The notes under the pieces are model-generated. The model made no database searches. It saw nothing but the letters and a program-made list of their open reading frames with translations, and had not been told where the DNA came from. The position numbers and the translations under genes were made by a program. A stretch of 64,000 nt of DNA, taken from assembly GCA_030248215.1 (NCBI GenBank), contig JASANG010002792.1, positions 310,001 through 374,000 of the forward strand, read 5' to 3'. Source of the stretch: Enoplolaimus lenunculus. Taxonomy: Eukaryota. Positions 1 to 14,141 of the stretch are shown piece by piece (within the stretch, counting starts at the first letter, position 1; every line of letters starts with the position of its first letter).

Positions 1-3000
1 TTGAAAGTTGATGTTGATGATATGATGAAATTTGCGGAGGCGTCTGTTGCGAGAGTGCTGGTAAGGGTTGAGACGGTGTGCTTGACCTTACAGTGGCGCC
101 CGTGGTACTCTGTGACGATCCAATAAGCGTTGACGAAGGTTTCGATTTTGCAACAAGCGCTGGCCTGACAACTCAGTTTCACAATAAAAAGTTAGTCAAG
201 ACTACCAAAAAGGTACTGTTAAATATATTTAACTTGTTTTTATAAACAGCTTAATAAATGTAAAACAGCAAATATCTTTTGTATTCTTAGTTGCTTAATC
301 CGAGAAAAAAGCTAGTTTTACTTTTTTAAACGGGCGGGTTAAACTCTACAAACACATTGAATTTATATCTTTCGAGACTGAATGAAAACCTATCCTATAT
401 TTACTTTTCAAAGTTGTCCAACGACATATCATAGAGTAAACGAAATATGCAACTGGCGTGTACCAAACTTTCCGGAATGTCTGACGGAAACTCACTGAAA
501 CAAAATGTTATTACACATCATTAGCTACCAGCTGGCTAATCCTTAAAGGATAAAACTAACAATAACATGTGTAAAACTGCTTTATTTAATATAGTTTAGT
601 CGAATTCAAAACAGTTCAAATAAACCAAAACGTCCGGATTAATATTAAGTACATCAGGATTAATATTAAGTGTGTCCGGATTAATATTAAGTACATCCGG
701 ATTAATATTAAGTACATCCGAATTAATATTAAGTACATCGAAAGTATAAAACTATTGTTTTATCCAAACTTACAGCAACTCATTCCGCGACAAAAACAGT
801 TCCGAAAACAAGCGTAGATATTGTTTCGAATCCTGAGAAAAAGTCTCTGGAATGGTTTCTACTGAGTCCGTAACTTGTGAGTATCCATCAAAACAGCCAA
901 TCAACCGCAGTGATTCTGTTAAGCTGTCAAAACGAACCTAAAATTAAGTCAATACGTAACGAAACATCAACTTTGAAAATACACTAGAAATAGTATCAAT
1001 AATATCATCTGAAAACAAAGCCAACAACAAACAATAAAACTCAAAATTCACTGCAAAAATAAAGGTACCTATGAAACCGTTTCGTCATTTAATGGACTTG
1101 CCTCAGTCTGAAAAAATCTCGCATTTGCTGGTTCAAACCTCATCGCAATTGTTATCACTTTGAAAACTTGTTTGAGCAAATCCAAAATACTTGCAGCCGG
1201 AACTACAAATAATGAAGATTATGAAGGTTAAAAGCGTTTAACATGCTTTAATCAGAATATCTTATGGAACATGAAACGATAACGTTCGTAATATATATAT
1301 ACTTAGCAGTTATTTTGCAAGCATTGCAGCAGCAACATGAGAAAACCATCCAGTGTTCGCATTCTATACAGCTGAAACGTTTGTTATGGTTCCAAAAGAA
1401 GCTAGCGCTACTGAATTGATGGATGACAATGACATACGGCCGACTGAATACCTATATAACGACTGCAACAATTACGATGCCGCTCATACCAAATTTCTCA
1501 AAAAATGGTCTTCATTAAAAAAATTGCAGAAAAGTCATAATCAAGCAGGCTAATTTTAAAAGTATATATTTTTGTTTGCACAAATACCAGCATCCTCAGA
1601 AAACCTTGGGCATCATTCCGTTAAAATGTAACAACGAGTTCTGACCTGACTCCCAAGGTGGCCTCTGAGGAATCGCTAATGCACCTTCCATCGTCACAAC
1701 GGTCGACATAACATACACAAAGCCACCGACTTTTCGAAACGCCAAGCGCACTTTGTGACTTTCGCGCAAAACAAACAACAAACTCTGCAACGGAAACAAA
1801 AGATCTATAAGCTGTGTCGTTGATATCACAACCACACTGCTTGTACAGCAAAACTAACTACAAGTTAGAAATATGTCGACAACAAAAGCTAGCGTTCGGT
1901 TAACACGAAGAATGTCATTATGAAAAGTGACTTCGTATCAGACCAGTACGTATACAGATTGCGAGCGTCACATAACAAACTCTCATAACGTTACTTGATC
2001 ATGACTACTAACAACAAAAGCCATACCTTTAAAATTTGTGCCTTCAGTGCAACCTTCAATGGATTTGCGGAGTGCATGTAGCCAAGTAGTGCAGCCAGAT
2101 CGTCTTCCCCGCCAGGTAACAACAGCAATTGTTGCAAAATCAGCAACGCATTAACACGGCAACAGTCAAATGCAACTAAAGTTTGTACCGTTTTTGCACC
2201 GCCGCATTCACGAAAAACACCTAAACAGTCAAAAATAAATAAGCAAACCTGACAATTACTACAAACCATTTAAATGACAATACATTCTTAGCAACATATA
2301 ACCAGAAATCACAAAGCAATGAGTGTGGCTCTTAAATTATACAGCAACTGGAACATTTCATATTTGTGCAGGAACGACAGTACCGCCAATAAAATCAACT
2401 TGACGTACTGCAGATATTGCACAATACTGTTTATTGTACGCCCGGCACAGAGTGCAACGCAGGTTTATACAAAAACAAACGTCAAATTAAAGGATAAACT
2501 AGAGTCTGGAAAAGGCGAAAAATAATCATTAGAAAATAAACATTCCATTGTGAAATACAAATGGTGCCTCCGCAGCGCAGAAATATATTACAAACCATAG
2601 CTCTAACTGGTCTTGTACCTTATACGACATACATATAATAACGTTAATAACCCACTTTCGTACTACCATTGTGTGTTTATTATGAAAATGATAATGTCAA
2701 AAAAGGTGTCTACAAAAACTTCACTTTTCAGCCGTATTTGCACCTGAGTGTAGCACCTATTGTCAGTTAATTATAAGTTCTGAAACAAGAAACCAGACAA
2801 AGCTTTTGATTTGAATGTCCACATAGCCGCCAGGGTGCAAACGAATATCTGGCTCCGGCTCCGGCAAAAAATCAACATCCGGCTCCAGCATATTAACTTA
2901 GCGGATATTTAATTACAGACCCGTACATATTTTTTAACATTTAGGTGCGTTAAATGACTGCATCAGGACATGGATGGTAATAATCGATTTACTTCTTGGC

Positions 3001-6000
3001 GTCATTTCGTATATATTTTTGTATTTTACGAGCATAACTTTCACAAACGATGAGCGTTGTTTTTGTGTAACACTGTGATCAGGAATTGACGGTCGCGGTT
3101 AAAAACCGAGATCGAGACCTGACTACTGACACCGGAAATGAAAGCCTCGGTCTCGGTCAATTTTTTGTTATCACCAAAAAAATTAAAATTTTCAAATTAA
3201 ATTATTTCTAATGCATTTTCATAGTTTTTAACGTTTTTCTTAGTTTTTTGCGTTTTTTCAGAAGATCTGTGCATAACTGTTGCGTGACTATGAAAATTCA
3301 AAGAGTCCCAGCGAAATTTTATTTATTTATCAGGCATCACTTACTTCAACGATCCAGCCATACCTTCGTCGAATCCTCGACTTCTGGTCTCGGTTCCAAG
3401 ATACCGAGACTCAAAAAAACGAGACCAAGACCTGCCAAATACCGAGACTCGTCGAGACTGAGACTCTCATATCTGATCCTAAGGCACCTTTATTTTGGTG
3501 TACTTAAGAAAACTGAATGCGCTTAAAAGTATAATGGTCCAAACAAATATTCCAACTAAACGCAAACACTACACAAACTGAATGTGGTTGTTAAGGTGTT
3601 AAAAATTCACCTAGATGAAATGTTAAGCTTTGTTACGTAAAGTCTTTGAGTACCTTAGGACACGGAAGAAAGGATTGTTTGCTACGTTCTGATATTTAAA
3701 TACCGTCTAGTATTAGATTTGAATTAACTATCCGGCTCCGACCGGATAATACATTATTTTGCTCAGGCACGGCATTTGTTTGGCGTCTGGTCGCACTCTG
3801 ATAGCCGCAGGGTCAATTAAATACAACAAAAGTGCTGAACTTCGAAGCTCAGCTTCGTTAGTTAAACGTGATCTCTATCATCAACTGGTGATAGGCGCTT
3901 CATAGATTTGAGAATATCAGCTTTGTTTAAAAATTGAGTTTGCGTTTTCGTTTTAGTTTAGGCCCTAATATCAAATGCTTCTACTTGTATTCGGTCCACA
4001 ACTTGAGTTTGGATTGCCCGTTTTTAGCAGTAACGTGAGCATATCCATTGCCAGTATTCCAAATCGATGTTCTACCGCATCATTTAAGCTTTCAGTACCT
4101 GAAACAAAGAAGAACATTTCGGTGCAGGGCTTTGTTATCTTGAAATAATTGTAACGATTGGGAAGAAAATATGCCGTAAAATAACTTCTGAGCTGACAAT
4201 AATTAATAAAAAAATTACGAGTTGTAATATTGATAGTAATAACACATATACTCCTCGCTTACTGGTCTCTCCCTCTGTCAGTTTTGTACACTGCTTGCCC
4301 CTAAGTGCTTGAATGTGTCAACAAATATACATACCAGAGCTATTTTCTTCGCAATGTTGCTTTAAGAAGTTTGCGTAAGTCTGCATTAGTTGCGTCAACA
4401 CTTCTAGCAATCCGACTTCGCGGAAGACATCTTTAAACGTTGAGCTGTGATGGCTAAGTATTTTTAACAGACTTTGAATGCACAACACCGAACATTCTGA
4501 TGGGCTAAAACAATAAAATCAGGCAATGGCAAAACAGTTCAAATACTTTAAAGTTCACTTCGACAATGTAAACTATCGATTTCCTTTGCAACCTCAGATC
4601 ACTGACAGGCAGCGTGAGAAACTATACCAATATAAAAAGTTTATAAAAGACACAAAACAAAAAATAACTCGGTCGCGCGATGCATAGAATTGACAATATA
4701 ACAACAAATACAGCCTTTTCATTTCCATTACGTTCAAATTATTTGCTTAAAGTGAAGTGTGAAAAAAGTTTTTTTATATGTTTTCCAATTAACTTTTAGA
4801 ACGGTACCTTTGAGTTTTCAGTAAAACGCAAATAGCGATAAGCTCTTTACACGGCACATAATTCAGTTGAAACACAACAAACTCCAACAGCTCGAAGTAT
4901 TTTGTCTAAAATAATAGGAAAGAAAATACACTAATCTTTCTTTGTATAAGTCTACTCTTTGATGCAGTAACTTCAAATACAAAAAGCGAATTAGCTACCT
5001 TTTCGAAATCAGCTGGAAATCACAACTACGTAACTATTCAAAGTCTTGAAAATTACTCGGCACTGACTGACACAAGATTCACCAAACCAAAACCAATCGA
5101 AAAGCTATGAAACAAGTAAGACCAGTAACTAAGCTTCATACCTGTATTTCAGCACATTTGTCGTTGATTACTTCTGCAAATTGTCCTAAAGTGCACTGTT
5201 TTTCAAGAATAAAATAGTTCACAGGATCTGAACAGTAAATGCTGTTTATCACATCAAGAATAGTTGACGCCAGTCGATTGCTTGATGTCTAAAGTGTGAA
5301 CGTAAATATAACAAAACAAACATAAACACTACGGAACGTGATGATTTAAATGATAATCACTAACATAGGTCTAAAGTGCATATTCGTATCAATTTCTTCT
5401 CTTATAATGAATGTTATCCCCACTAACTGTTAACTAACACGAGAATACAGAAATTTTATATCTGAAAGCTTATAACAAATAACTGTAAACATACTCGCAC
5501 AAAAACTTCCTGTAGAACACTGAATGCTTGTAAGTTGCGTACCGTTGATTCTTAAATCAGCATAAAAAACAGTACAGTCTCCGCTAGGAAAACACCGGTT
5601 CGAAGGTTATAACTAAAACTACATGAGTTCTTCCGCCCATAGGATTGCTAACAAAACAATGTCTAAGGAAACGAAGGGCTGCAGTATACTCGAAAAGAAA
5701 AAAGTGCGCAACAAATTGTGCATAAAACCGTTACAGAAAACACGGTCGGTCCAAAACTTTGTTTGTACTGACAGTTAACCACATACAGATTGAATTATAC
5801 GCGTTTAACAGGACAAATTGTAACACTGCATTCTAATGCGAACACAGGTTGGTGAAATTTGAGACTATGCGGAAATTTTACATAAATCAAATCTGAGGAA
5901 CTTTGAGGATGATTTTTCAATTTGAGTAGGTGATCATGATGCGCCATGCCACAATGCTACACAAACATCTTACGTTTATCACTGGAGCTAGGCAACGCGA

Positions 6001-9000
6001 ACCCAGGAAGCTGATACAGACTACTCGACATGTCGCAGGGTTTCAGTTGCTTAAATCCAGCTGTTACACCAGTTGAAAACATCAGCAACAAATTTCTGAG
6101 CGCGTCTTGAGATTCTAAGTTTTGATTGTTTTCGTGTCTACAGAAAGTAAAATAAAAACGTATTTAAGCGAATTTACATAAAATTAAATAATACAGAAAA
6201 CCTGAATTCTTTAACCGACGTGTAACTTCAATCAAAAATACTGAAACAGATAATTAGCCTCAAGGTATCTAGTGTAGTTGAATAAATAAATTACATAAAT
6301 TATTTCATATCAAACAATAAATTGCGACATGCTCTGTTTTTAAATGTTATTTAGAACTGATTTCAATTATAAAAAGCCGGATTTCACATCGAACAACTTA
6401 TTGTAGAAAATCTGTAATGAGAAAAATGCTCGGTTTATACGTGAATTAGAACTGATTTTGATAATAAAAATAACGAATTTTTCGGTATTTTTATAATTGA
6501 AACGGGTACCGTATTTACTGGAAATGGATATCAACCGGTTATACCTTTGTCATTAAGTAATGCTTATTTTTGGTTTACAAACAAACTAAACAACTTGATT
6601 GACTTCTGCGTTAGCCGATCTACGTCCATCCGGTTAATTTTACGAGTAACGTGTGTACTTTATACTAACACGTACTCTAGTAGAAACTCGGTCAAAAATT
6701 TGTATCCTGAAGCGTTCTGAAAATCTTCAAGCAGGACTGGTGTAACTGAAGCCGAGTCTTTCAAGAGGCAAAATAAACACACGATCATGTCAACCTTCTC
6801 CGGTATTGATATGTCCTCAGCGTTTTGAATGTTGTCCAAAAACAATGACAGACAAGACTTCGCTGAATAAAAAATTACAACCTTAACAACAGAACGATTC
6901 TTTGAAATTGAAAATTTAAAAAAGCGTTTGCGATTTTTTGCGATTGCGTGCAAATGCGATCGCGCTTTTCAGCTCTAGCGTGTTACGCGCGACTTGCGTT
7001 GGATTGCGATGACACGTTAATTTTTACCGTGACAGTAAATGGTACTTGACGATGTTCAATTTAGAAATCATCAAAACAAGTTTTGTAGTGGCCAATAATA
7101 CAAGGACGTGCAAAATTAAATAGTAAGCCAGCAGCACACAGACAGCTAAGTGTACCACCAAATGATACAATTAACGCTGTAAGAACAGTCTAGCTATACC
7201 GCAGCAACACATGTTTCTAACAATGAATAACGACAACATTCACAACCGCTTGGATTACAAAACACTTACAGTGCAAATAATTCACAACAGTCTTGTTTAA
7301 CGCCCGAGATGACAATGCCATTAAACCTTCCGCCGACGCTTTTCGCCACGCTGAAACAAAACTGCTAGCGCCCTCAGAAACTGCAAGAGAAACACTAACA
7401 TTTTACAAAATTTTAGAAAATTATTTGTTCATCACATTAAACTACTATAAATTGCCCAATGTTCCACTGTAACGTATATAATAGTCTATTTTATGCACAA
7501 GTGAAGTTATTTACAGACTGTGTACTTGACAACGCAAACTATTTTCAGCTATATATCACGCAAATGCTTACAGATATTAAACGCAGGGCACCAAGACGTA
7601 ACTGTGTTAAACAATAACACTAAGTCATCTTTCCGTGCAAGTTCTTCACCAGCGCAATCAAAACTGCACAGAGTGACAAACAACTAAAAGCGCAAATGGT
7701 TGAGTAACAGCATTTCACGTCAAAATTATAGTGCAGGGTGGCATCCAACTTATATTTCGCCAATTTCGATACAGCATCTGTTAAAAAAACAGCGCTTAAC
7801 ACCACAACTATACTGTATGGTTCACCAAACATATTATTTTGCCACTTAACATCACAGTTATGGTGCAGGACGTCACCCAACGTATTATTTTCCCGATTTC
7901 AATCCAACTTCTGCAACTAAACAACGCCTTAATTAATAAGTAGTATACTGCAGCGTGGCACTCACGTATTAATGCCGATTTCGATTCTTCCTCAGCCAAT
8001 AAACAGCACTTAACCTGACAGTTGCCTTGCATAGTGGCACCCTGCCTATATTTTGCCGAACCTCACAACTATAGTGCAGTGTGTGACAACCAACCTATTA
8101 TTTTCCCAATTTCAAGTCAGCGGCGGAAAGTAAACAGTGCTTAACCTGACAATTATTCTTTCAGGTGGCACCCAACCTATTAATGGCCATTTCGATTCGT
8201 CCTCTCCCAGTAAACAACGCTTTACTTAACAATTATAGTGAAGGGTAGGACACAAACTTTATTTAGCCAATTGCGATTCATCATCTGTTAGAAGCAGCGA
8301 TTAACCTCACAGTTATGCTGTAGGTTGCTTAGATTACAGAGTCATATAAACAACACTGAACTTCTCTAGAAATTTAGAATTGCTACCGTAATGATCTTAT
8401 TAGACAGTGTTCTTATGAAACTTGCGTTCTAAATTTCATATTATAGAAGAAACTTTAGTGAATTTTACTGCATACATACAAACATGTCTTCTCGTGCTAC
8501 GACACTGCTTTAAGGGAAAAATTTGTGATCAATCTAATGCTAAATTTCATTAATTTGTCACTTATATTGCCGAATCATTGTGTTTGTGTAACGGAATTTC
8601 AGTGTTTAGTTTTTACTGACAGTTAGTAAACATTAATCGCCATCAATGCATTTCGAATTTTAGTTAAAACCATTATTTGAGTGAATAGGCATTTAAACTG
8701 AGTGATAAATAATTTTTATTTTAGATTTTGAAAACTTTTTTGGCAGTGACACCCTTACCCAGTAGGTGGTGTCACACTTGCCCCAAACATGGGTCAAACA
8801 TGTCCCTTCAAAACTTTTAGATAAGTCTTGAAATAACAACTGCAGCGAAACTTTTGTTGCACCATGTTATAGTACTGTCCGACAAGCATATGCTTGACAA
8901 TGACGTTTATGTCTCTCCGTGATTTCTCATGGTTGCTAGCTAAAATTGAACTTTCGTATCTCCCTTACCCCATTTGACTATAAATCAGCAATATCAGATG

Positions 9001-12000
9001 CTGTACCTCGCAAAGCATACACTTGTAAATTTAAAATGTTCAAAATACTGATTACGTTTCTCTTAAAATAAATATAAATCAACGTACATCCACGAATGTT
9101 TCCTGCATCATTTGTCGTTTGTCTAAATCCGACCAAGTATTTTCTTGACTGGTTCCATTTTCAGCTGATACTCCGCTGCACGAAGCAGACGCCATTGTGT
9201 TCTGCGATTTGACCGCGGCTGAACTTATTGCTCCTGAGCTCACGCCGCTTTCATTCTGATACTGCTGTTGCGCTGAACTTGCGAAAAGCGAAGGAAGGTC
9301 AAAAAATAGATATACACATTTCGCCAGCGTCGACGGCAAATGCGATGAACTCAATACCTATACAACGAATAGCAAGAACCGTACTTTATTCAAGGTTTAA
9401 ACAGGCTGAAAACTAATTATGGCGCGGAAGCGTAATTAATAAATACCATATGTATATACATACATAAATATTATGCACTTTACAAATATATAAACAAAAG
9501 GAACGCAAATTTTGACACTGCAACACTATTTAAGTTTCTACAAAACGACAATTGTTTGCATTACCATCACAACGTTGTGAATAACACCGATTATATAAAA
9601 GCTTTAATTATATTCTAACAACTTAAATGTGTGACGAAAAAAGTATATAATGCCTACATTTCCTTTGCAATAATATTATTGCGCTTCGCGTTTATAATAT
9701 ATTTGCTAGTTGTGCATTCTTACCTACAATTATACCTATCTAGTTCCTTCTGAACATCACTAAATCTTTTCTTTATATTTGGATTCGTATTCAAATTTTA
9801 TGCGATCAGACCGCACTTACACCACCATTATGAAAATTAGTTGAAGATCAAAATATTTATAAACTAGCCTCAATGAGATCAGTGCCCTTTGTCTGTGAAA
9901 AATAGTGCAAAGACCTTAAAAGCAACCAGCCTTTGCCCGGTTCCGCAAAGTTTTCAGGCTCGAGAAACTGTGCAACCAGTACAGCAGCCACTTCTAAAAT
10001 ATATTTCATAAAATAATTATATGGAAAACTGATCTGAATTTTTATACGAAACATTTACCATTATTTTTGGCATTATCAACACATATTAACGATAATATTA
10101 ACTGTTTCTACTGCACACAAATACAACAGTTATTTACTCTGAGCGTGATTAGTAGCAATTTGAATAACTTGATTAGAAAGCCAAGGAATCGATGCGCTAC
10201 AGCCAGGAGCGGACCGTGAAAATTTTAAAAGAGGGAATAATTAAAAACGTTTCTGCACAACTACCCAAAATGTGGCGAATCCAAAACCACTACGATATTT
10301 CAGAGTTTTTAGGCGAAAAAATACCGAAACAAAAAATTGTTTCCATTTTTTCCAGGAGGGGGGAAAAAAAAAAAAAAAAAATATCCCACACAAAAAACAC
10401 AACAAAAAAAATATAATAAAAAAGAGAGTTATATAAAACACACCCACAACACACACAAAAAAAAAGCACTGCCCCTTGTATCTCCCCTCCCCCCCAACTC
10501 ATTTTATTTCCGAAAAAAAAAAAACCCCACCCCCCAAAAAAAACAAACCCACCCACACACAAAAACCCACAGACCCGTGTATAACCCCGGATATCCACCC
10601 ATATTACTATATATGTGGAAAAGAATGAAAATTGTAGCATATGAATAAATGAAATTTTGAATTGAATATTTTCCATAATTACGTCTGGCATCTCGTTCGT
10701 TTCGTAGCAAGTTTCGTAGACCGGTGTGGCTAAAGTTATGGCTCCCTAAATTGAAAGTTTGCCTTTACCGTGTATGGTTTAACACAAAAAATGCGTCTGG
10801 CTTGGAGCTAACTTTGCTCACGAAGTTTCAGCAATTTATTGAGAAGCTCGATGTCAGAGGGAATCCAAAAATTGTCATGGGATTCAAGATATACTTACAT
10901 AAAATTCGACTGACTAGTTTAGCTCGCTTCACGCATCAGCTTTCATGATCACCTCTCCTGGTCATTCTAAGCCCAAATTTGGGGGGGGTGGAATAACCGA
11001 AACAACCAGAATTCAGACTGCATAATGCCGCTGTGACAATAATGTGCTCCGCGGGAATATATCCCCACTAGCCCCCACTGTCCGCCCTTGGCTACAGCGT
11101 TAGCAAAATAAATTAAGCACCGCAATGATTTTACTTAGCTCAACATGGGTTTTATACAAAAATGTTATATTACCAGTGCTCTGGTTTGACGCTCGCTTCC
11201 GAACTTCCTGAACAAAAAGTTTAGACAGGTAGCTTGCAAACAGCAGAATTTCTTTAAACTGTGATCGAATTTCGCTTGGTTGGTATAGTAAAGTGATCTA
11301 TAAACAAACAGTGTTAAAAAATATATAAGATGTCTAACACAACATGAAGAAAGAAATAGTGCAGTTTAATAAAAACAAAAATTTTAGACCCTTGCAAACG
11401 GTTTAACAAACATTTTAGTCAGCATATACATGTATATATTTCGTTTACTGAGTCTTCTTACTTTCAATCTTAGGTGTCGGTAAGTGAAACCAACACTAAA
11501 GTGGATAAAATCAAAATTTTCATCTGCGCCACGGCTTGGCGACTAAAAAGCACATCCTGTTACGAATTTGCCAAAAAATAGCCAGCAAATTTTTCCCTTG
11601 AAACATATCATGCTACAATATGATAATCCGGCTGGACTTTCAATACAATCAGGAACGAAATTTAAATCCTACAGTTTAAGGCGAGAGCACATAAAGTACT
11701 CCATCCTTAATCGGTTGTAATTAAACATTCATTAACAGCTTTAAGTTACTTTGTAAAACAACGGTAGCATTTTGCACAGCGCTCCATCGTAGTCGGCAGA
11801 CGAGAGTGATGCTTTCGAAAAATCGGTAAATATTTTACGCAAATGAAGCAATGCCAGAGTTCGATCTGATTCGCTAACAGAGCCACACTGCGCTTGGTTG
11901 TTCATAATTTCATATACAGCGGACCAACTGCTGTTATGCTTGTTACCGTGATCGCTGTAACTTAAATCGATTTTATCGGCAGCAGAAAAATGGGATTCCT

Positions 12001-12055
12001 GTGATAAAGTGTAAAACTGAGCAGTTGGTACATGCTTGACAAACCGTTTTCGCAT
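1..12055 (-). CDS. WDFY3: WDFY3/Alfy (blue cheese; BEACH/WD40/FYVE family), N-terminal part; gene continues beyond position 1
   Basis: Hand-spliced exons with consistent phases and no in-frame stops: 12055 (or ATG 11905)-11750, 11297-11174, 9993-9869, 9357-9088, 7683-7572, 7350-7270, 6862-6676, 6137-5974, 5550-5495, 5288-5142, 4905-4808, 4504-4335, 4098-3985, 2220-2027, 1784-1646, 1202-1102, 937-774, 494-405, 164-1. Peptides match recalled WDFY3 N-terminal motifs in order: LALLHLRKIF, EVRKRASNQS, LPSTLAKCVYLFFDLP, EELARKDDL..TSWCP, VRNLQAFSVLQ, YFELLEFVVF..PCKELI, FRKVGGFVYV, MRFEPANARFF. The start codon is uncertain. Confidence 0.93.
633..740. repeat. 21-bp minisatellite (TCCGGATTAATATTAAGTACA), about 5 copies, in a WDFY3 intron
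   Basis: Directly visible tandem units. Each has a palindromic TTAATATTAA core. Confidence 0.9.
2831..3800. mobile_element. hAT-like non-autonomous DNA transposon (CAGGGTGCA... TIR) with a nested element at about 3080-3476
   Basis: Ends are CAGGGTGCAA / TCGCACTCTG. A perfect 8-bp TSD ATAGCCGC lies at 2823-2830 and 3801-3808. The nested GAGACC-rich insert recurs in inverted form at about 15593-16160. Confidence 0.8.
7725..8325. repeat. Degenerate minisatellite of about 80 bp (some units about 50 bp), about 8 units, intronic
   Basis: Recurrent motif TATAGTGCAGGGTGGCACCCAAC.TATT...CCAATTTCGAT...AAACAGCGCTTAACC.CACA. Confidence 0.8.
10204..11090. mobile_element. hAT-like non-autonomous element with a low-complexity interior
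   Basis: TIRs CAGGAGCGGACCGTG / CACTGTCCGCCCTTG. A perfect 8-bp TSD GCTACAGC lies at 10196-10203 and 11091-11098. Confidence 0.8.
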
Positions 12056-13030
12056 GGTAACACGATCGTTTCATTATATATGCACAAACATAAAAACAGT
12101 CAAACGGTCTAATATTTGTTATATGTGTTTATAAATCAAGTTAATGCTCAATCTGTTATTATATACTGTGGAAACCATGCTGCTCTACGACGGTTGCTAA
12201 ATACAAAAGTAACTCCAGTTCTGGCATGGTGCGACCGGATATCCGGCTCCGGCAAAAAATGGACATCCAGTTACGGCACCAGTATTTCAACTTGCCTGAT
12301 GTTTCTTAAAACCTTCAGGCTCCATTTGTATTTCAGCATAACAATATGTCTAAACCTAAGTCTTAAAACGTACGCGAATATAATAGTCCTAATCATAAGC
12401 CAACTCTATTTTATAGTATATATGTAGAGAAGGGTGGATGGCTTAATAGTTACATGGAGCAATCAAATATTGCAAGTCACTACAACGCAATAGAAACAGC
12501 ATAAAATAGTCAAATGTTAAAAATGCTGCTGTGCGAGATGTTAAGCCTTGCCACGTTTGTACGGTTTCGAGACAAACCAAACTTGGCCGTTATTTGCGCT
12601 GTGTGCATGCTAGCCTAGTCGGCGATAAATCAGTTGCAGAGGCGGACTATGTACCACATACGTAGAATGCTTGCTTCAGAATCCAAAGCCGATACTCATT
12701 GTTACCCCTGTATGCGCTTTTCCAGCTGCTTAGTTGAAAATGTCCGAAGTCTTGGCTCCTAATTTAAGGTCCCTAGCTAAACTAACAGTTGAAAATAGGA
12801 TGGACGGCAGTGGACGACCTTGTTGAAAATTTACACATGAAAGCATGAGACGTGCTTCTCCGTTATGTGCACATGCAATATAGTGCAGTGCACTGTATAT
12901 ATGCTAGCCGGTAGCATACGGTCGAAATATAATCGATTATAGAAGCAGTTAGACAGGCGGGCTACGTGGCACTGCGGTAGATGGCTTGACTCGGAATCCT
13001 CAGGCTTGAAGTTAGAGCCACCCCTGTAAG

Positions 13031-13775
13031 TCTCTTCTTCTCTCTTCTCTTCTTCATTTCAAGGTTGGAGACCATGAGGTCACATGCGGTCGGAGATAAC
13101 TCCGGCCCTGCACAGGAATGTATACGCTTTCTTTGGGTCATCGTACAACGTTTTCATCGGGTCATCTTTGTTGAGCAGATCTTCTCTGTGCTGGTGAAGA
13201 ATATGGCATTCTTTCATCACGTGTTCGATGGTTTCGTCACTGTTAAAGCATCTTTTGCAGTGCGGTGGTTCATTGGGATTCACGGCATGCTTGAAGCTGG
13301 CAAGGTAGAAGGATTTGCCTCCAGTTCTCATTTGGGCAAGTGTTCGTTTTGCGTGTTGTGTGAGACCACTTTCCAGCTTAGCCGGCACGAATTTCGCAAT
13401 ATCAAAGGTTGGCTTTCGTTCATGTTCCCATTTCTTGGCGAATCTTTTCTTGATCACAGATTTTGCAGAGCTTATGTCGATCGGTACGTCTTGTTGGTGT
13501 TTGGCGCTACCATTTTTCGCGAGCGTGTCTGCGTTTTCATTGCGTTGGAGGTCACAATGGGCAGGAACCCATTGGAATATGAACTTTATACCGTTTTGTT
13601 CGGTATGGCGTGAAATTTCTTTCCAGATCCTGTTGCAGATGATGTCGGTTTACAGATGAGGTCCTTTCTTGAGCTTTTGTATGGCAGATCTTGAATCACA
13701 GCAGATCCAGCAGACCTCGTCATACTTTATATCGTAGCTGCTTACTAAAAATGTCTCAAGTCCGGTTGCTAAATA
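13031..13775 (-). pseudogene. 5'-truncated non-LTR retrotransposon (I/Ingi-like): RNase H, C-terminal CCHC knuckle and GAA-rich tail
   Basis: The minus-strand frame reads WICCDSRSAIQKLKKGPHL*TDIICNRIW...FQWVPAHCDLQRNENADTLAK (RNase H motifs, one in-frame TAA). It continues into CKRCFNSDETIEHVMKEC. The 3' end is followed by a GAAGA/GAGAA-type repeat at 13031-13055. Confidence 0.88.
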
Positions 13776-14141
13776 GGCTGACATAGGAACTACGCCGTGA
13801 GCGCCATGGCAAATTGCTGCACTTTAGACACGTATACAGTTGAAATGAAATAGACGTTCAAGGGACGACCTTGATAAAAAATGGGGCATGTAAGCATGTG
13901 AGACATGCTTCAGCGTTATGTGCACCTGCAATATAGTGCACACTGTGTATGTATGTTAACGTACAGCAAATAGTCGATGATAAATATAGTTGGAGAGACG
14001 CTCTACATGACACAGCGCTTGCCTCGGAATGCTAAGCCGCCATTTCGCGCCACCCTTGCGTGCGCTTTTCCAGCTGCTTAGTTAAAAAGGTCTGAAGTCC
14101 CAGCTCCTTCCAAACTTAGACCACGGCAAGAAAACTGCTAG

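Noticed and set aside
10192..10710. Lys-rich and Phe-rich ORFs
   Set aside because: Translations of homopolymer runs inside a transposon.
13065..13659. Plus-strand ORFs of 182 and 114 aa
   Set aside because: They are antisense to the retrotransposon RNase H/CCHC frame.
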